From the human T2T-CHM13v2.0 reference genome, Homo sapiens, in NCBI RefSeq assembly GCF_009914755.1, contig NC_060928.1: a DNA stretch of 64,000 nucleotides; one strand, written 5' to 3'. The notes under the pieces are model-generated. The model did not search any database, was not told the origin of the DNA, and worked only from the letters and a program-made list of their open reading frames with translations. Made by a program: the position numbers and the translations under genes. Below are positions 31,080 through 44,742 of this stretch, in pieces. The first letter of the stretch is position 1. Every line of letters starts with the position of its first letter.

Positions 31080-32040
31080 AGGAAATCAGTCGTCTCTCTT
31101 TCTAACGAGCAAGTGTGTGCTCTCACACTCACGCAAAGCTCTTCTCTAAATGTGAACTTTTCATATTGAGGTACCATATGCCCAGTTTCTTCCTAGAATC
31201 TATTCTCACTGCGTTCACCGTTTGCGTCCCAGCACTCCCTTCGTCTGATTTGTAGCACTCCCTGTACCTGCCCCGGCTGCGTTGCACGGAGACTGCACTG
31301 GTCGCCTCTCCCCTGGTGAATCCTGCAGTCACTTTCTGGTGATGGAGCTCAGCGGCCCAGCACGAGAGCATGGAAACAGCTGACTGCTGACTCAGAGGGA
31401 AAGCAAGCCACCCACGAATCTCATTGCAGCTCGCTGCTGCATCCCTATCCCATAATCCCTTGCCTGGTTTGCTGCAGTCTTTTCAACAGACGCTCAATGA
31501 GAAAAAGATGTCCTGTAAGATCAAGACCGATTGGTGTGAATACTGAAGGGGGTCTTCCACTTGTTAATGACCCAGAAACATTCCTGCCGACTTCCAGCCT
31601 TCTCTCATTTCCTCCATTTTTCTCTTCCTCTGTTCTGTGCATGAGCTGGCACATCACTACTTAGAGCAGAAGATATGCTGGGCTTCTGATGATGGCTGCA
31701 CTGCATGGTAGGGAATTTTAACCAGTCTCTTTGCATGGTGCTTCCCAACTTGAAGTGTTAGCAGAAACGTGCGTTGTTCTTTTGGATTGCCGCGTAGCTG
31801 CAGCGACAGACTTGGGAGGATTTAATTCTTTGCCTCGTTGGTTAGTCTGTTTGTCTTCAGAAATGGGTAGGTCCTAAATGTTCAGACTGCTTAGTATTGT
31901 GCCAGGTGGATAACTGATTTCTCCTGCTCTCTCGGTTCTTTTTTCTCCCTTCATCTCTCATGGCGATGCTGCATCCTCTGTAGCTGTAAAATGCAGACCC
32001 ATTCTTTGCTTAAACAAAGGCACCAAATTAACAAGTATGG
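31080..32040. promoter_or_regulatory. Repeat-free, moderately CpG-containing block; candidate enhancer/alternative promoter
   Basis: Elevated CpG at 31100-31500 and 31770-31810, AP-1 site TGACTCA 31388-31394; lies in several kb with no recognisable Alu/L1. Confidence 0.4.
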
Positions 32041-34764
32041 GGAGAAAATCATGCAAGATTTTCTTATCAAGTTCTAATGTGATCTGACTAGATTTGTATT
32101 TTTACCAGTCTTTATTTTAGTGTGTATCTTGGCTTGTTTTAAATAGAAGAATTTTGCCCCCTGCATCTCTCTGTTGGGTGCAAACATGGAGATGAAATAT
32201 TTGATTTGCAGGATTCCTTCCTCGCTGCCCCAGGGTAGAGGAGAACGTGCGACCCTCCCCCCACTCTGTCCTCTATTAGAGAATCCTGGGGTTGAGTTCC
32301 ATGGCTGGCAGTTACCATTGGAAACCCATTCATTCATAATGCATGACTCGACCCTCCGAATTCTGAATGCCATTGAGGGCCAGCAAACAAACATGTAGGA
32401 GATAATTTGCTTTTTTTCTGACAATTTTTTTTCCTGTCTTTGAAGTACAGTCAAATCTGGGTGGAGCTCAATGATAGCATTACACAGGGAAAAGAAAAAA
32501 AGAAAAAAAAAAACCCTTGGGTTTTGGGTTGGTCCTTAGGTTTGCTTCCTGAAACAGTGGGGATTATTTTTGTGTCAGAGCTTTTTCTACAAGTATGCCC
32601 CACCCTGACATTATTCCTTCTTTTGGGGGGATAGGAGAGCAAGTAGCAAGGCAGTTTGTTTTAAATTAAAAATTGAATGTTAATAAATGGATTTCTGAAC
32701 CAAAAGATAAAATGGTATTATTGTCTTAAGGAAAAGACAGTTTCAATGTAATAGCTTTCAAAATGAGGTGTTTAAAAGATTGTTTCTCTGGCTTAGATCA
32801 TGTTACAGCAGTTTTATTCCTTATGAAAATTTGTTTTAAAAGAAGGTTTTAAACTCCAGTATATATGTAAGGAGAGCCATTTGTTCATGCAGAATTCTTC
32901 AAATGACGTCTTAGTGTTAGGATTCAGTTCTGCCTAGTGTGAATCTGTTTTCTGGTGTCTTTCATTATTTCAGGCAGAGGCTTGAGCCCCACTGTTCCTA
33001 ACCCACTATAATGTTAAATAATGCACGCCCCTCCCAAGCAGCACACAATGAGAAGTTTCATGTGTGCTGTGGTATGAGAAAGCAGCTTTCGGATGCAGAG
33101 ACAGGAGTAGTAACCCTTCCTAAACCTTTAAGTGTTTCTGTCCAATTTTCTCCTAGGAAGACACAAGTGATTTGCATTGGAAAGGTTAAAACACAGCTGA
33201 ATGTAAAAATTTTCTCTGATAGAACGTGCTGTTTCAAGATATATGAATGCAGCATATATAACCCACACATTTTTTAAAAGAAGACTAAAATCTATACACG
33301 TTTTTTCCATAGGTAATACTATAGTCCTGCAATGACTTAATTTTTTTTTATTATAACAAAAGCTTCATGGATTTTGTTGCTTGTGAAATAAAGTTAAAAC
33401 ATTCATTCTTTGTCTTACTAAGAAATGAAAATGTTCTTTATCTGGGTATCCTTAGGCGTTAATTTCTCCATACTTAGGGCTTTCTTTTATCTCTTTTTAT
33501 TAGGTAGGGGAAAATCCCAAATATGTAGCAATTTCTAAGACTCCCTTGTGCCTCTTTTAATTATTTCTCTTATAAAACTAAAACTACCCAAATATTTGAG
33601 GTATTATTGAAATGTGTAGAAGAGAAATACTTTTGAATTTTAAAAAATGTGCTGCCAAATTATTTACTGTCATAGTTTTTTCTTCAAAAAATATGACTTC
33701 AATTACTTTTTACTATGGCAAAATGATGATTTGCACATACCTGTGATAGCCTTTTTCTTTAATCTCTGGTGCCATCTCTGTCCCTTTATTACTTATATAA
33801 AGGCTGTAGTTCAGAGTAGAATTTGCTCCATTATAGGGTTGGCTATTAGGGTTTTCTGAATATTTTCATTGTGCAGATGGTCTGAATTTAACGGATTAGA
33901 TTTCCTCATAGAAATTGGAGCTTTAGATTGGACCAGAAAGTGAGAAAATAATGAGCCAAGTATTCAAATAGCATCACTGCAGGAAACAGATTTCTGCTTT
34001 TAGTATGCAAATGTTTCTATTCCCTTCTACTTTACCTCTTCGGTCTTCACATTCTCGACAGCCTCTATTTTTCCATTAAGTGCTTTTTGTTATTGTCTTT
34101 AAACATTATTAATTTAAGTACTTATTCTAATCAACAACAGAATTAAATAATGTGCTTCGTATATACCAGGAGCAAACAGGAGGTTCCTATTATGTAGAGC
34201 TGTGTCTCTTAGTTCTGTTGTGAAATAATTTTCTCTTTTCCCTTCTTGCTAGTTTCTTCCAACCCCTAGAATTGGTACCAGCACCTAGTCCCCTTGCTGA
34301 CCTCTACCTTTTTTTGTGGTCCCAGAATACTTAGCCTCTTTGTGTAGTCCCCAAGCAAAGCAAGGGAGGAGACCTGGCAAAGTGATGGGTGTGGAGAGAG
34401 GAGACCCCGAGCATCTTGACTGTCCCAGAGTGCTGTGAGATGAATGTCTATTAGCCTGACCACTTAACATTCCACCACACAGACGCAGCCTAATCTTAAC
34501 AATCGGCTGCCAAAGGTGAGGCAATGGCCTTCTTTATATACTAAAGAAAGAGGTAGGGGAAATATGTCTTTATGATATATCATAAAGACAAGTCAGGGGC
34601 TCAGCTTAAAAATCAGCTTCCATTTGGTAAAAACCAGTTCATCTGAGGAAGCTGTCATATATCTGACTCTGAAAATAAGGAGAAAAAGAACCTTGGAGAG
34701 CTTGGACACACCCTGCCTGAAGACAAAAGTTAAAGGGGATGGCTTCTGAATGCCTTCCCCCCAA

Positions 34765-34858
34765 AACACACACACCCACCCACACACCCACCCCCTCACA
34801 CACACACACACACACATCATCATCATCATCATCATGATCATCATCATCATCATCATCA
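34765..34858. repeat. Compound (CA)n / (CAT)n microsatellite
   Basis: Read directly. Confidence 0.9.
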
Positions 34859-35232
34859 GGAAAGATAATACATCTAGCCTTCTGATTTACAAAATGGCCC
34901 ATCTGGGATAGAGGCTTGATTTAACTGGAAATGGGTCACCCTGTTTTAATTTCACTAAAGATTGTCCTCTTTTCTTCTAATTGAGACCTCAGTAACAATG
35001 CAATTCAATTGCAGGCAAATTATAATAGGCTGAAATTTTAAAAATTAAGAATACCCTTTTCATCATGTTTTAATTTATACCACATGTTCTGGCAGGTACA
35101 GGGTAGCATACTGTGATTTATAGATAATCCAAATGGTTCAGGATTTCCTTTCTATAAATGTACCAGAAGATTTGTAATTGCTTGGAAAGCAGATGTTTGC
35201 ATGTCTGCATGAGAACAATAAAAAATGGGCTG

Positions 35233-35532
35233 GGCCAGGCACAATGACTCATGCCTGTAATCCCAGCATTTTAAGAGGCCAAGGCCGGTGGATTGCTTGA
35301 GCCCAGGAGTTCGAGACCAGCCTGGCCAGTATGGTGACACCCTCTCGCTACTAAAAATACAAAAATTTAGCTGGGTGTGGTGGGGTACACCTGTAATCCT
35401 AGCTATGCTGGAGGCTGAGGCAGGAGCATCACTTGAACCTGGGAGGTGGACGTTGCAGTAAGCCAAGATCACACCACTGTACTCCAGCCTGGGAGACAGA
35501 GGGAGACTCTGTCTTAGGGAGAGAAAAAAAAA
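35233..35532 (+). mobile_element. Alu
   Basis: Sense Alu dimer. Confidence 0.9.
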
Positions 35533-36212
35533 GGCATCTTAATAAATAAGTCCAACTAAAGTGGCACCAAAGAGAAGCAATAACGCAGGAATGCCATAAA
35601 ATTAGACTGTAGGAATGTAATTGAGTACCTTTAGGATGATGTATAATCAAATATGTGACCTCTTACCCACAAATCACATGTTAAAATTTTGTTTTTCAGT
35701 AGAATCTTGGCCTCTGTTACCCTACCACATTCCCTACAACAGGCAAACAAGATTTTGCCAGCTCCCTCCCCTTCTCCAGAAGAGCGATTTAACTTTGGCT
35801 TTTCTCTGCCATTCTTTCTTCCTGCTCTTACTCACTGTGGTGTCAGCAATAAAGAGTGTGGATAGTTTTCTGATCTAAATGGTATAATTTGGGATGGAAA
35901 ATGTGGTCTAAATCTTAGAATTGTGGACATAGGCATTTTTCTCTCATTTCAGCTTCTCCTATCAAGTTCTTTTGCATTTGGGGGTTAATTGCCACCAAAT
36001 TGTAGGAGATTTGAGAAAGTGAGCCAGGAAAAACACCAGAGATGATGTGAGGGAAGAAACGCTGGAGCTGGATATTTTTATGCCCAAGGATTTTGTTATG
36101 TGATCATTGAATTGCTTTTCCCACAACAAGCTCTGTTTAGTTGGCAAGCCCCCATTAATAAGGGATTTATGTGCCAACCTTCTTAGGCTTTTTATTTTCA
36201 TGCATATGTGTC

Positions 36213-37026
36213 TGTAATTGCCCAATAGTTCTTCTTGCCCAGTGCACAGATACAGCCGATTTACCAAGACAACAGTATTGCAATAGAGAAAGAGTTTAAT
36301 AAATGCAGAACCAGCTAAGTGGAAGACTGGACTTTATTACTCAAATCAGACTCCCCCAAAATTCCAAGGCTAGGGTTTTTCAAGGGTAGTTTGGTGGGCA
36401 GGGGGCTAGGGAATGGGGAGTGTTGATTGCTTGGGTCAGGGATGAAATCATAGGAGGTCGAAGCTGTCTTCTGGCTGTCTTCACTTCCTGGATGGAATTA
36501 CAAAACTTGTGGAGCCAGTTTACTGGTTTGGGTGGTGCCAGCTGGTCCATCAGAATACAGGGTCTGAAAAATATCTTGAACACCAATCTTAGGTTTTACA
36601 ATAGTGATGTTTTTTATTTTTTATTGTATTTATTTATTCAATAAAATCCAGACGCTGCACAATACAATAGTGATGTTATCTGTAGGAGCAATTGGGGAGG
36701 GTAGGAATCTTGCGACCTGTGGCTACATGGCTCCTTACTGAACCATAATTCTAACCTTGTGGCTGATTTGTTAGTTTTATAAAGGTAGTTTTGATCCTGA
36801 GCAAGGAGAGGCTTGTTTCAGGAAAGGGCTGTTATCATTCCTGTTTTAAAGTTAAACTATAAACTAAATTGCTCCCAAAGTTAGTTCGGCCTACATCTAG
36901 GAATAAACAAAGACAGCATGGAGGTTAGAAGCAAGATGGAGTCACCTATGTCAGATTCCTTTCACTGTCATAATTTTTCTATGCCAGATGTTTCTCACTG
37001 TCATAATTTTTGTGAAGGCGCTTTCA
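36213..37026 (-). mobile_element. LTR8-family (LTR8A/B-like) ERV1 solo LTR
   Basis: Minus strand starts TGAAAGCGCCTTCACAAAAATTATGAC and contains gactccatcttgcttctaacctcc; + strand begins tgtaattgccc. Confidence 0.8.
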
Positions 37027-37141
37027 TGTACTCAATAGTTCTGTTTCTTTTTCTGCATCTATGAACATGTTAAAATATGTCACTAATGTTTACCCTCTGG
37101 ATGATGGTTTATGTTGCTAAGCATTAGACTATCACATGGGA

Positions 37142-37486
<345 letters not shown>

Positions 37487-37589
37487 TCAGATGACCGGCA
37501 ACAACCACACTCTTTATCATGGAATTCAGCAAGTGCTGCTCTTTGCTGCTGCTGTGAATAAGTCCGTTTCCATGTTATATTTCGCTAGT

Positions 37590-38230
37590 TTGATTCATTC
37601 AAAAGATAATGTCTACTATGTACCAGGACACTTCTAGGTGCTGGAACTACTGCAGTGAATAATCAGATGCAAATCTGTGCCCTTGTAGGCCTTACATTCT
37701 AGGGGGAGGGCGGAGACAATATCCAAAATATATAAATTACATAGTATGTCGGAAGGCTTAGTTCCAGCTGCTATAACAAAAATGCCATAGATTGGATGAC
37801 TTAAACAAAAAGAATGTATTGTCTCACAGTTCTAGAGGTTAGGAAATCTGAGATCAGGGTGCCCCCATGGTGGGTTCTAGTGAGGCCCTCTTCTGGCTTT
37901 ATAGGCAGATGGCCCACATGGCAGAGAGCAGACAGAGTGGGAAAGCAGTCTCCCTCTTATCTCCTCTTACAGGGGCACTAATCCCATCATAAGGGCTCTA
38001 CCCTCATGACCTAATCACCTCCCAAAGACCTCACCTCCTGATCCCATCACATTGGGGGTTAGGGCTTCAACATATGAATTTGGGAGGGACACAGACATGG
38101 AGTCTATAACAGGAGGTGACCCGTGCTACGGAGAAAAACCTAGCAAGGACTGGGGATAGCAGTGCTAGGTAACTGGTGGCAATATGCAATTTTGAACAGA
38201 ATGGTCAGATTGAGCAGGTGACACTGAGCT
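37590..38230 (-). mobile_element. L2 fragment interrupted by MLT1A-type LTR (~37757-38111)
   Basis: gctgctataacaaaa...tctcacagttctagagg...gggcactaatcccatcat...catatgaatttggg. Confidence 0.8.
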
Positions 38231-39400
38231 GGACAAAGCGGAGTGAGCTTCTTTGTAAGAGGTCTTGCTGTTTGTTTTCCACAGACAGGGAACCTCAGCT
38301 AGTCTTCCATATGAAAACTCTTTTTGGCTAAGGTCAATATCAAACTAATGTTGACCATTTGTATTATTTTAAAGTGGTTCTTTCTGCGTTTGCTACCATT
38401 TCCTTTCTACTGGCTTTTTGTCAATGTGTCTGATGTTAGTTCCTACATCCAAAAGCATTCGAGCTTCTTTACAGGCAAAGTCCACCCCAGGCATGTTTTC
38501 ACACGGATCCCTTCAGAAGTTAGTTTTGCAGCTCTCCAGCATATAGAAGAGCAGTTCTATATTCTGATTTCTTTCATTATAGTGCACTGACTTCCACTGG
38601 TTATGTGGGTAAGAAGGGTCTGACAATTTAGAAAACAAGATGGGGAAAGGAGACCAGCAAAGCATGTATATAAAACATTTGTTGCTTTTTTAATCAAGGA
38701 GACCAGAAACTGTGGTAGTGCCCCAACGCTTTGATTGAAGGCCGTTGTATATTGAGTGTATTCCTCATGACATATTCGGACTGATTCAGACTTTCCACAG
38801 TGCTTATTAGCTCATTCTGTGCCTCAGTTCTTCTGAGCACATTGTCCCATTAGGAGTAGTGAAATGTTCTTCCTAGTGTGGGTATCCAGGGAAGGATCAT
38901 TATCCTGTCAAATCTGGGGATCTTTGGGGATTGGAAACCTTTTGTGTCGATTCTTGGAGTTCTAAAAATCCAGATGCCTTCAACAGGTCACTTGTGACAG
39001 ATCTGTGATACTGTCATGATTTTAAATTAGTGTTAAGGAGTAAACTTAATTAATTTACCATGCAAATTAACAATACTACAATATAGAGACTTGCTCTCAC
39101 CCACTACAATAATTATCATAAAGTTAGAATGAAATGTTTTCATTTTTGGCTTTAGAGCATAAAATATTGGCTCAAGAAATTTCATTTAGTCAACGTATAT
39201 CATTTGATTAAAACAAATTTTTTTCTTGCCAAAAATCCAAAATTCTAAGGTTAAAAAAAAAAAGGAATAAAGTCCAATATGATGCTTTCTCTCTGCTTTT
39301 TTCAATACCCAGCATGGCTCTGATTATTTCAAAGGGTACTATGAAAAATTTCAAAAGCTATTCAAAATAAAATTATTTTTAACTGATTTCGACGGAAAAG

Positions 39401-39733
39401 TTTTTTTTTGTTTTGTTTTGTTTTTTGTGTTTTTTTTTGTTATTTTTTTTTTTAAGATGGAGTCTCACTCTGTTGCCCAGGCTAGAATGCAGTGGCATGT
39501 CTTGGCTCACTGCAAGCTCTCCCTCCTGGATTCACACCATTCTCCTGCCTCAGCCACCGGAGTAGCTGGGGCTACAGGCGCCTGCCGCCACGCCTGACTA
39601 ATTTTTTGTATTTTTAGTGGAGACAGGGTTTCACTGTGTTAGCCAGGATGGTCTTGATCTCCTGACCTCATGATCCACCCACCTCGGCCTCCCAAAGTCC
39701 TGGGATTACATGCTTGAGCCACCGCGCATGGCC
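39401..39733 (-). mobile_element. Alu (AluY/Sc-like)
   Basis: Antisense Alu with (GTTTT)n tail. Confidence 0.9.
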
Positions 39734-40251
39734 AGTTTAACATCTTTTTAAAGAAAATATGGAACACTTCACAATTTGCATGCCATTCTTGCTCAGGGGC
39801 AATATTTTCTGTATCATTCAAATTTTAGTGCTACAAAAGTGAGCACTCATCATTTTTACAAGTTACACACACACACACTCTAGTGAAGTGTTAAACTTAC
39901 GTCATCAATTTATCAGATAAGGCAGAAAACTTGAAATCTGACCTTTCTGATTCACTGATTTTACTGAATGACCTTGGGCCAGTCATTTAAACCCTCAGCG
40001 TTGGTTTTGATTAAGACAGACAAGTCCATTCCTCCCCTAGTCTGATGTCATAGGGATGTGGTTAAGAAAACAGACAGGCTCTCAACATTTTGAGCCCCTG
40101 AGAGATGAGCTACTTTAGAGAGACACTCTATGGAAAGTCTAGCAGATAATGGTGGCTGATCAGACGTCATACCTATACCGTTTAACTATGCAGTGAGTTC
40201 TGTCTGAATGTGACACTCTTGTATAGCAGGTGCTTCACAAGGTTCTATATG

Positions 40252-40877
<626 letters not shown>

Positions 40878-40986
40878 TGTTTTAAAAATCATATCTTTAA
40901 TAAACTTATCTAAAAGGTACAGAGTTGGAAAATGGGTGTGTCATGTTTGTAACTATACTCATACATAAACAGCAGAATTTTCTGGG

Positions 40987-41103
40987 TTTTTTTTTTTTTT
41001 TTTTTGACTAGTCAAGTGAAGCAGTGGGAGTGGAGAAGGAGAAACAAAATCTGTAACTGGTTGTGATCGGTTACCTGTAAACACCACTGCACTTGGACCA
41101 GCC
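40987..41103 (-). pseudogene. Y3 RNA (RNY3-like) processed pseudogene with poly(A) tail
   Basis: Reverse complement reads GGCTGGTCCAAGTGCAGTGGTGTTTACAGGTAACCGATCACAACCAGTTACAGATTTTGTTTCTCCTTCTCCACTCCCACTGCTTCACTTGACTAGTC, matching hY3 as I recall it. T-run 40987-41005; 15-bp TSD with 2 mismatches (40968-40982 / 41104-41118). Confidence 0.92.
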
Positions 41104-41197
41104 AGCAGCCGAATTTTCCTAATAAAAGTTGACACGCTTTTTTAAAATTTGGTGACTTGGGAGGAAGGAAAACTATTATTTATATTTGGAAAAGAAT

Positions 41198-41198
<1 letters not shown>

Positions 41199-41229
<31 letters not shown>

Positions 41230-41507
41230 AGACGGAGTCTCGCTGTCGCCCAGGCTGGAGTGCAGTGGCGCAATCTCGGCTCACTGCAGGCTCCGCCCCC
41301 TGGGGTTCACGCCATTCTCCTGCCTCAGCCTCCCGAGTAGCTGGGACTACAGGCGCCCGCCACCATGCCCGGCTAATTTTTTGTATTTTTAGTAGAGACG
41401 GGGTTTCACCGTGTTAGCCAGGATGGTCTCGATCTCCTGACCTCGTGATCCGCCCGCCTCGGCCTCCCAAAGTGCTGGGATTACAGGCGTGAGCCACCGC
41501 GCCCGGC
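41199..41507 (-). mobile_element. Young AluY (Ye-like), 30-nt poly(A), TSD gaaaagaatgtttt
   Basis: Nearly all CpGs retained; CCCCAGGGGGCGGAGCCTGCAG and GACAGCGAGAC variants on the element strand. Confidence 0.92.
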
Positions 41508-41797
41508 GAAAAGAATGTTTTCTTTAGAAAGTACAGAAGTGTTGCTTCTGTAAATATGGAGTATTTCCAAGCTTTAAAAACAGGCACCAGGCCAAGTTAA
41601 AGTGTCATATGTAAACCAAGCTTCTGTAGTGCAGCCTTTTTAAAACACAAGGTCAAGGGCGGTGTTGTGGTTTAAGTAGTGAAAAGGCCATGGGTTTTAG
41701 AGACATATACTCCTTGGATTTGCATTCTGGTAAACTTCTTGACTGAGCCTCTGTTTTGTTTCTTCTAATCTATAGAATAAGAATAATAGTGTGACCC

Positions 41798-42100
41798 CTC
41801 ATGCCTGTAATCCCAGCACTTTGGGAGGCTGAGGCGGGTGGATCACGAGGTCAGGAGATCGAGACCATCCTGGCTAACATGGTGAAACCCCATCTCTACT
41901 AAAAATACAAAAAATTAGCCGGGCGTGGTGGCGGGCCCCTGTAGTCCCAGCTACTGGGGAGGCTGAGGCAGAGAATGTTGTGAATCCGGGAGGCGGAGCT
42001 TGCAGTGAGGCGAGATCGCGCCACTGCACTCCAGCCTGGGTGACAAAGCGAGACTCCATCTCAAAAAATAATAGTAATAATAAAGAATAAAGAATAATAG
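41798..42100 (+). mobile_element. AluY-like (5'-truncated) inserted in MIR
   Basis: Y diagnostics; TSD aagaataatagt(g/a)tgacc. Confidence 0.9.
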
Positions 42101-42217
42101 TATGACCTCCTGCCTAGGGTCATATTAAATATTAAACCTCTTTTCTTTCCTTCCTTCCTTCCTTCTCTCTCTTTTCCTTCTTTATTTCTTTCTTTTCTTT
42201 CTTCCCTTTCTTTCTTT

Positions 42218-42946
42218 CGTAACCACCCAACAGGTTCACCTCGCCTGCTGCCTAGATAGAGCCAATTTATCAAGACAGGGGATTGCAATGGAGAAAGAGT
42301 AATTCACTCAGAGCCAGCTGTGCAGGAGACCAGAGTTTTATTATTACTCAAACCAGTCTCTCTGAGCATTCGGGATCGGAGTTTTTAAAGATAATTTAGC
42401 AGGTAGGGGCAGGGGAAGTAGGGAGTGCTGACTGGTCAGGTTGGAGATGGAATCATAGAGGAGTCAAAGCGAGGTTTTCTTGCTGCCTTCTGTTCCTGGG
42501 TGGGATCACGGAACTTGTTGAGCCAGATTACCGGTCTGGGTGGTGTCAGCTGATCCACTGAGTGCAGGCTCTGCAAAACATCTCAAGCACTGATCTTTGG
42601 TTTTACAATAGTTTTGTTATCGCGAAGAGCAATTTAGGGAGGTTCAGACTCTTGCAGCCAGAGGCTGCATGGCCCCTAAACCTTAATTTCTAATCTTGTA
42701 GCTAATTTGTTAGTCCTACAAAGGGAGACTGGTCCTTAGGCAAGAAGGGGTCTTTTTGGAAAAGGGCCATTATCAATTTTTTTCAGAGTCGAACTATAAG
42801 CTCAATTCCTTCCCAAGGTTAGTTTAACCTATGCCCGGGAATGAACAAGGACAGCTTAAAGGTTAGAAACAAGATGGAGTCGGTTAGGTCTGATCTCTTT
42901 CACTGCCATAATTTTCTCAGTTACAGTTTTTGCAAAAGCAGTTTCA
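42218..42946 (-). mobile_element. LTR8 ERV1 solo LTR with 4-bp TSD cttt
   Basis: Minus strand starts TGAAACTGCTTTTGCAAAAACTGTAAC; cttt at 42214-17 and 42947-50. Confidence 0.85.
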
Positions 42947-43462
42947 CTTTCTCTCTGTCTTTTATTTTCTTTTTGGTAAAGAGTATTTCCATAGGGAATT
43001 AGAGGGCTCTGGACACCTTACCAAATATTTAGAAAATGAAGAGGTAAATTTTAGCTCAGCCTTGGTTTATGCCTTCGGTGTAGAAGCCAGGAATTCTTTA
43101 AGGTGGTAAAAGGAGCTGTGTTTTGTGTTGTAACTTTTTCCTCTCTTGTGCTCTCAAACTCTTTGCTGTCTTCTCTTTCTGTGTTGCCCTCTTCTAATTC
43201 TCCTTTCCTGGCATGATCCCTAACATTTTGAAACCTTCTCTGAATTAATTCACTTCACCAGGTCTTTCAAATGCCCAGACATGAATACCAACAGATATTT
43301 CTTTTAAATTATAGGGAATACCTCTAGCCTTTGTCCCTACCCCATAGCAAATATATTTTAGTTTCAAATCTATAAACCTTTAGTCCTGAAGAAAACACTC
43401 TGAACCATATACAAAATCTTTAATTAAAATTCTAATTTTCACCCCCATGCATATTAATAGCA

Positions 43463-43999
43463 TGTAGGGGAGGAAAAACTTTTCTTCTGCCCTCCTAGAG
43501 TATGTGCCTAGGGTCTATAAATTAAAGTGACAAAAGACAGATTAACGGGAGAAAAAGGCATACACTTTTTTTGATACTATTTTTAATTTTACATTATCAA
43601 GGGCTTCACAACCTCCTCTTTGGGTTTTATATACCATTTTGACAAAGGACAATATATTGCGGAGAACTGCCTAGACAAAAGAAAGAGGGGTTTGGACTCC
43701 TGGGGCAGTAAATTGTAGGAAATGTATGGTAGATAAGGTTTGTTTAGTAAGATCATTTTGCAAGATCATCTCCTTGCAGTCTTCAGTGTTTAAGAGACTT
43801 CTCTTCCTGGCTCTGGAGAGAGAGGCACCTTTACAAATGGAAATTTCCTTTACAAAAGAGAAATTTATGCTCTGCTTTTAGGCAGATGGGGAAGGGCAGA
43901 GAGGTCCTTTTCTGTCTGTTCTTTCTATATAGCTTTCAGCTCAAAATAATCCTTATATCAAAGTGACATATTTTGATGTGACACAGTCCAACCTCTTCA
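43463..43999 (-). mobile_element. ERV1 solo LTR (MER31/MER67-like)
   Basis: tgtagggg...gacaaaagacagattaac...tcagctcaaaataatcctta...cttca. Confidence 0.7.
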
Positions 44000-44248
44000 A
44001 CTACGATAGTTGGAAAAACATATTCAATTTCAATAAGAATATGAAAGGTAAATATATGTTTAAATATAGTCATGGCTAAAGGCATAAGCAGACATAGCTA
44101 TATAAAGTATTTATCCCCTTAGTTACCACTGCTTTGAAGCCCAGCGAGCATACCTCTTTGTACAACATGCCCTCTTTTAATTTGTTTTGTTTGCCTGGCG
44201 AACATGTGAGGATTTTATTGATTTACAAAATAAACAACAGGGAGCTGA

Positions 44249-44635
<387 letters not shown>

Positions 44636-44742
44636 GACTTCTACCTTTACTTATAGCACAATGCTTATGGTGAAAGAGCCAGTGATTGACTTGTACCTAC
44701 AGATCATTATATGTTTTTCTGTTTTGATTTTCTGTCTGACAG

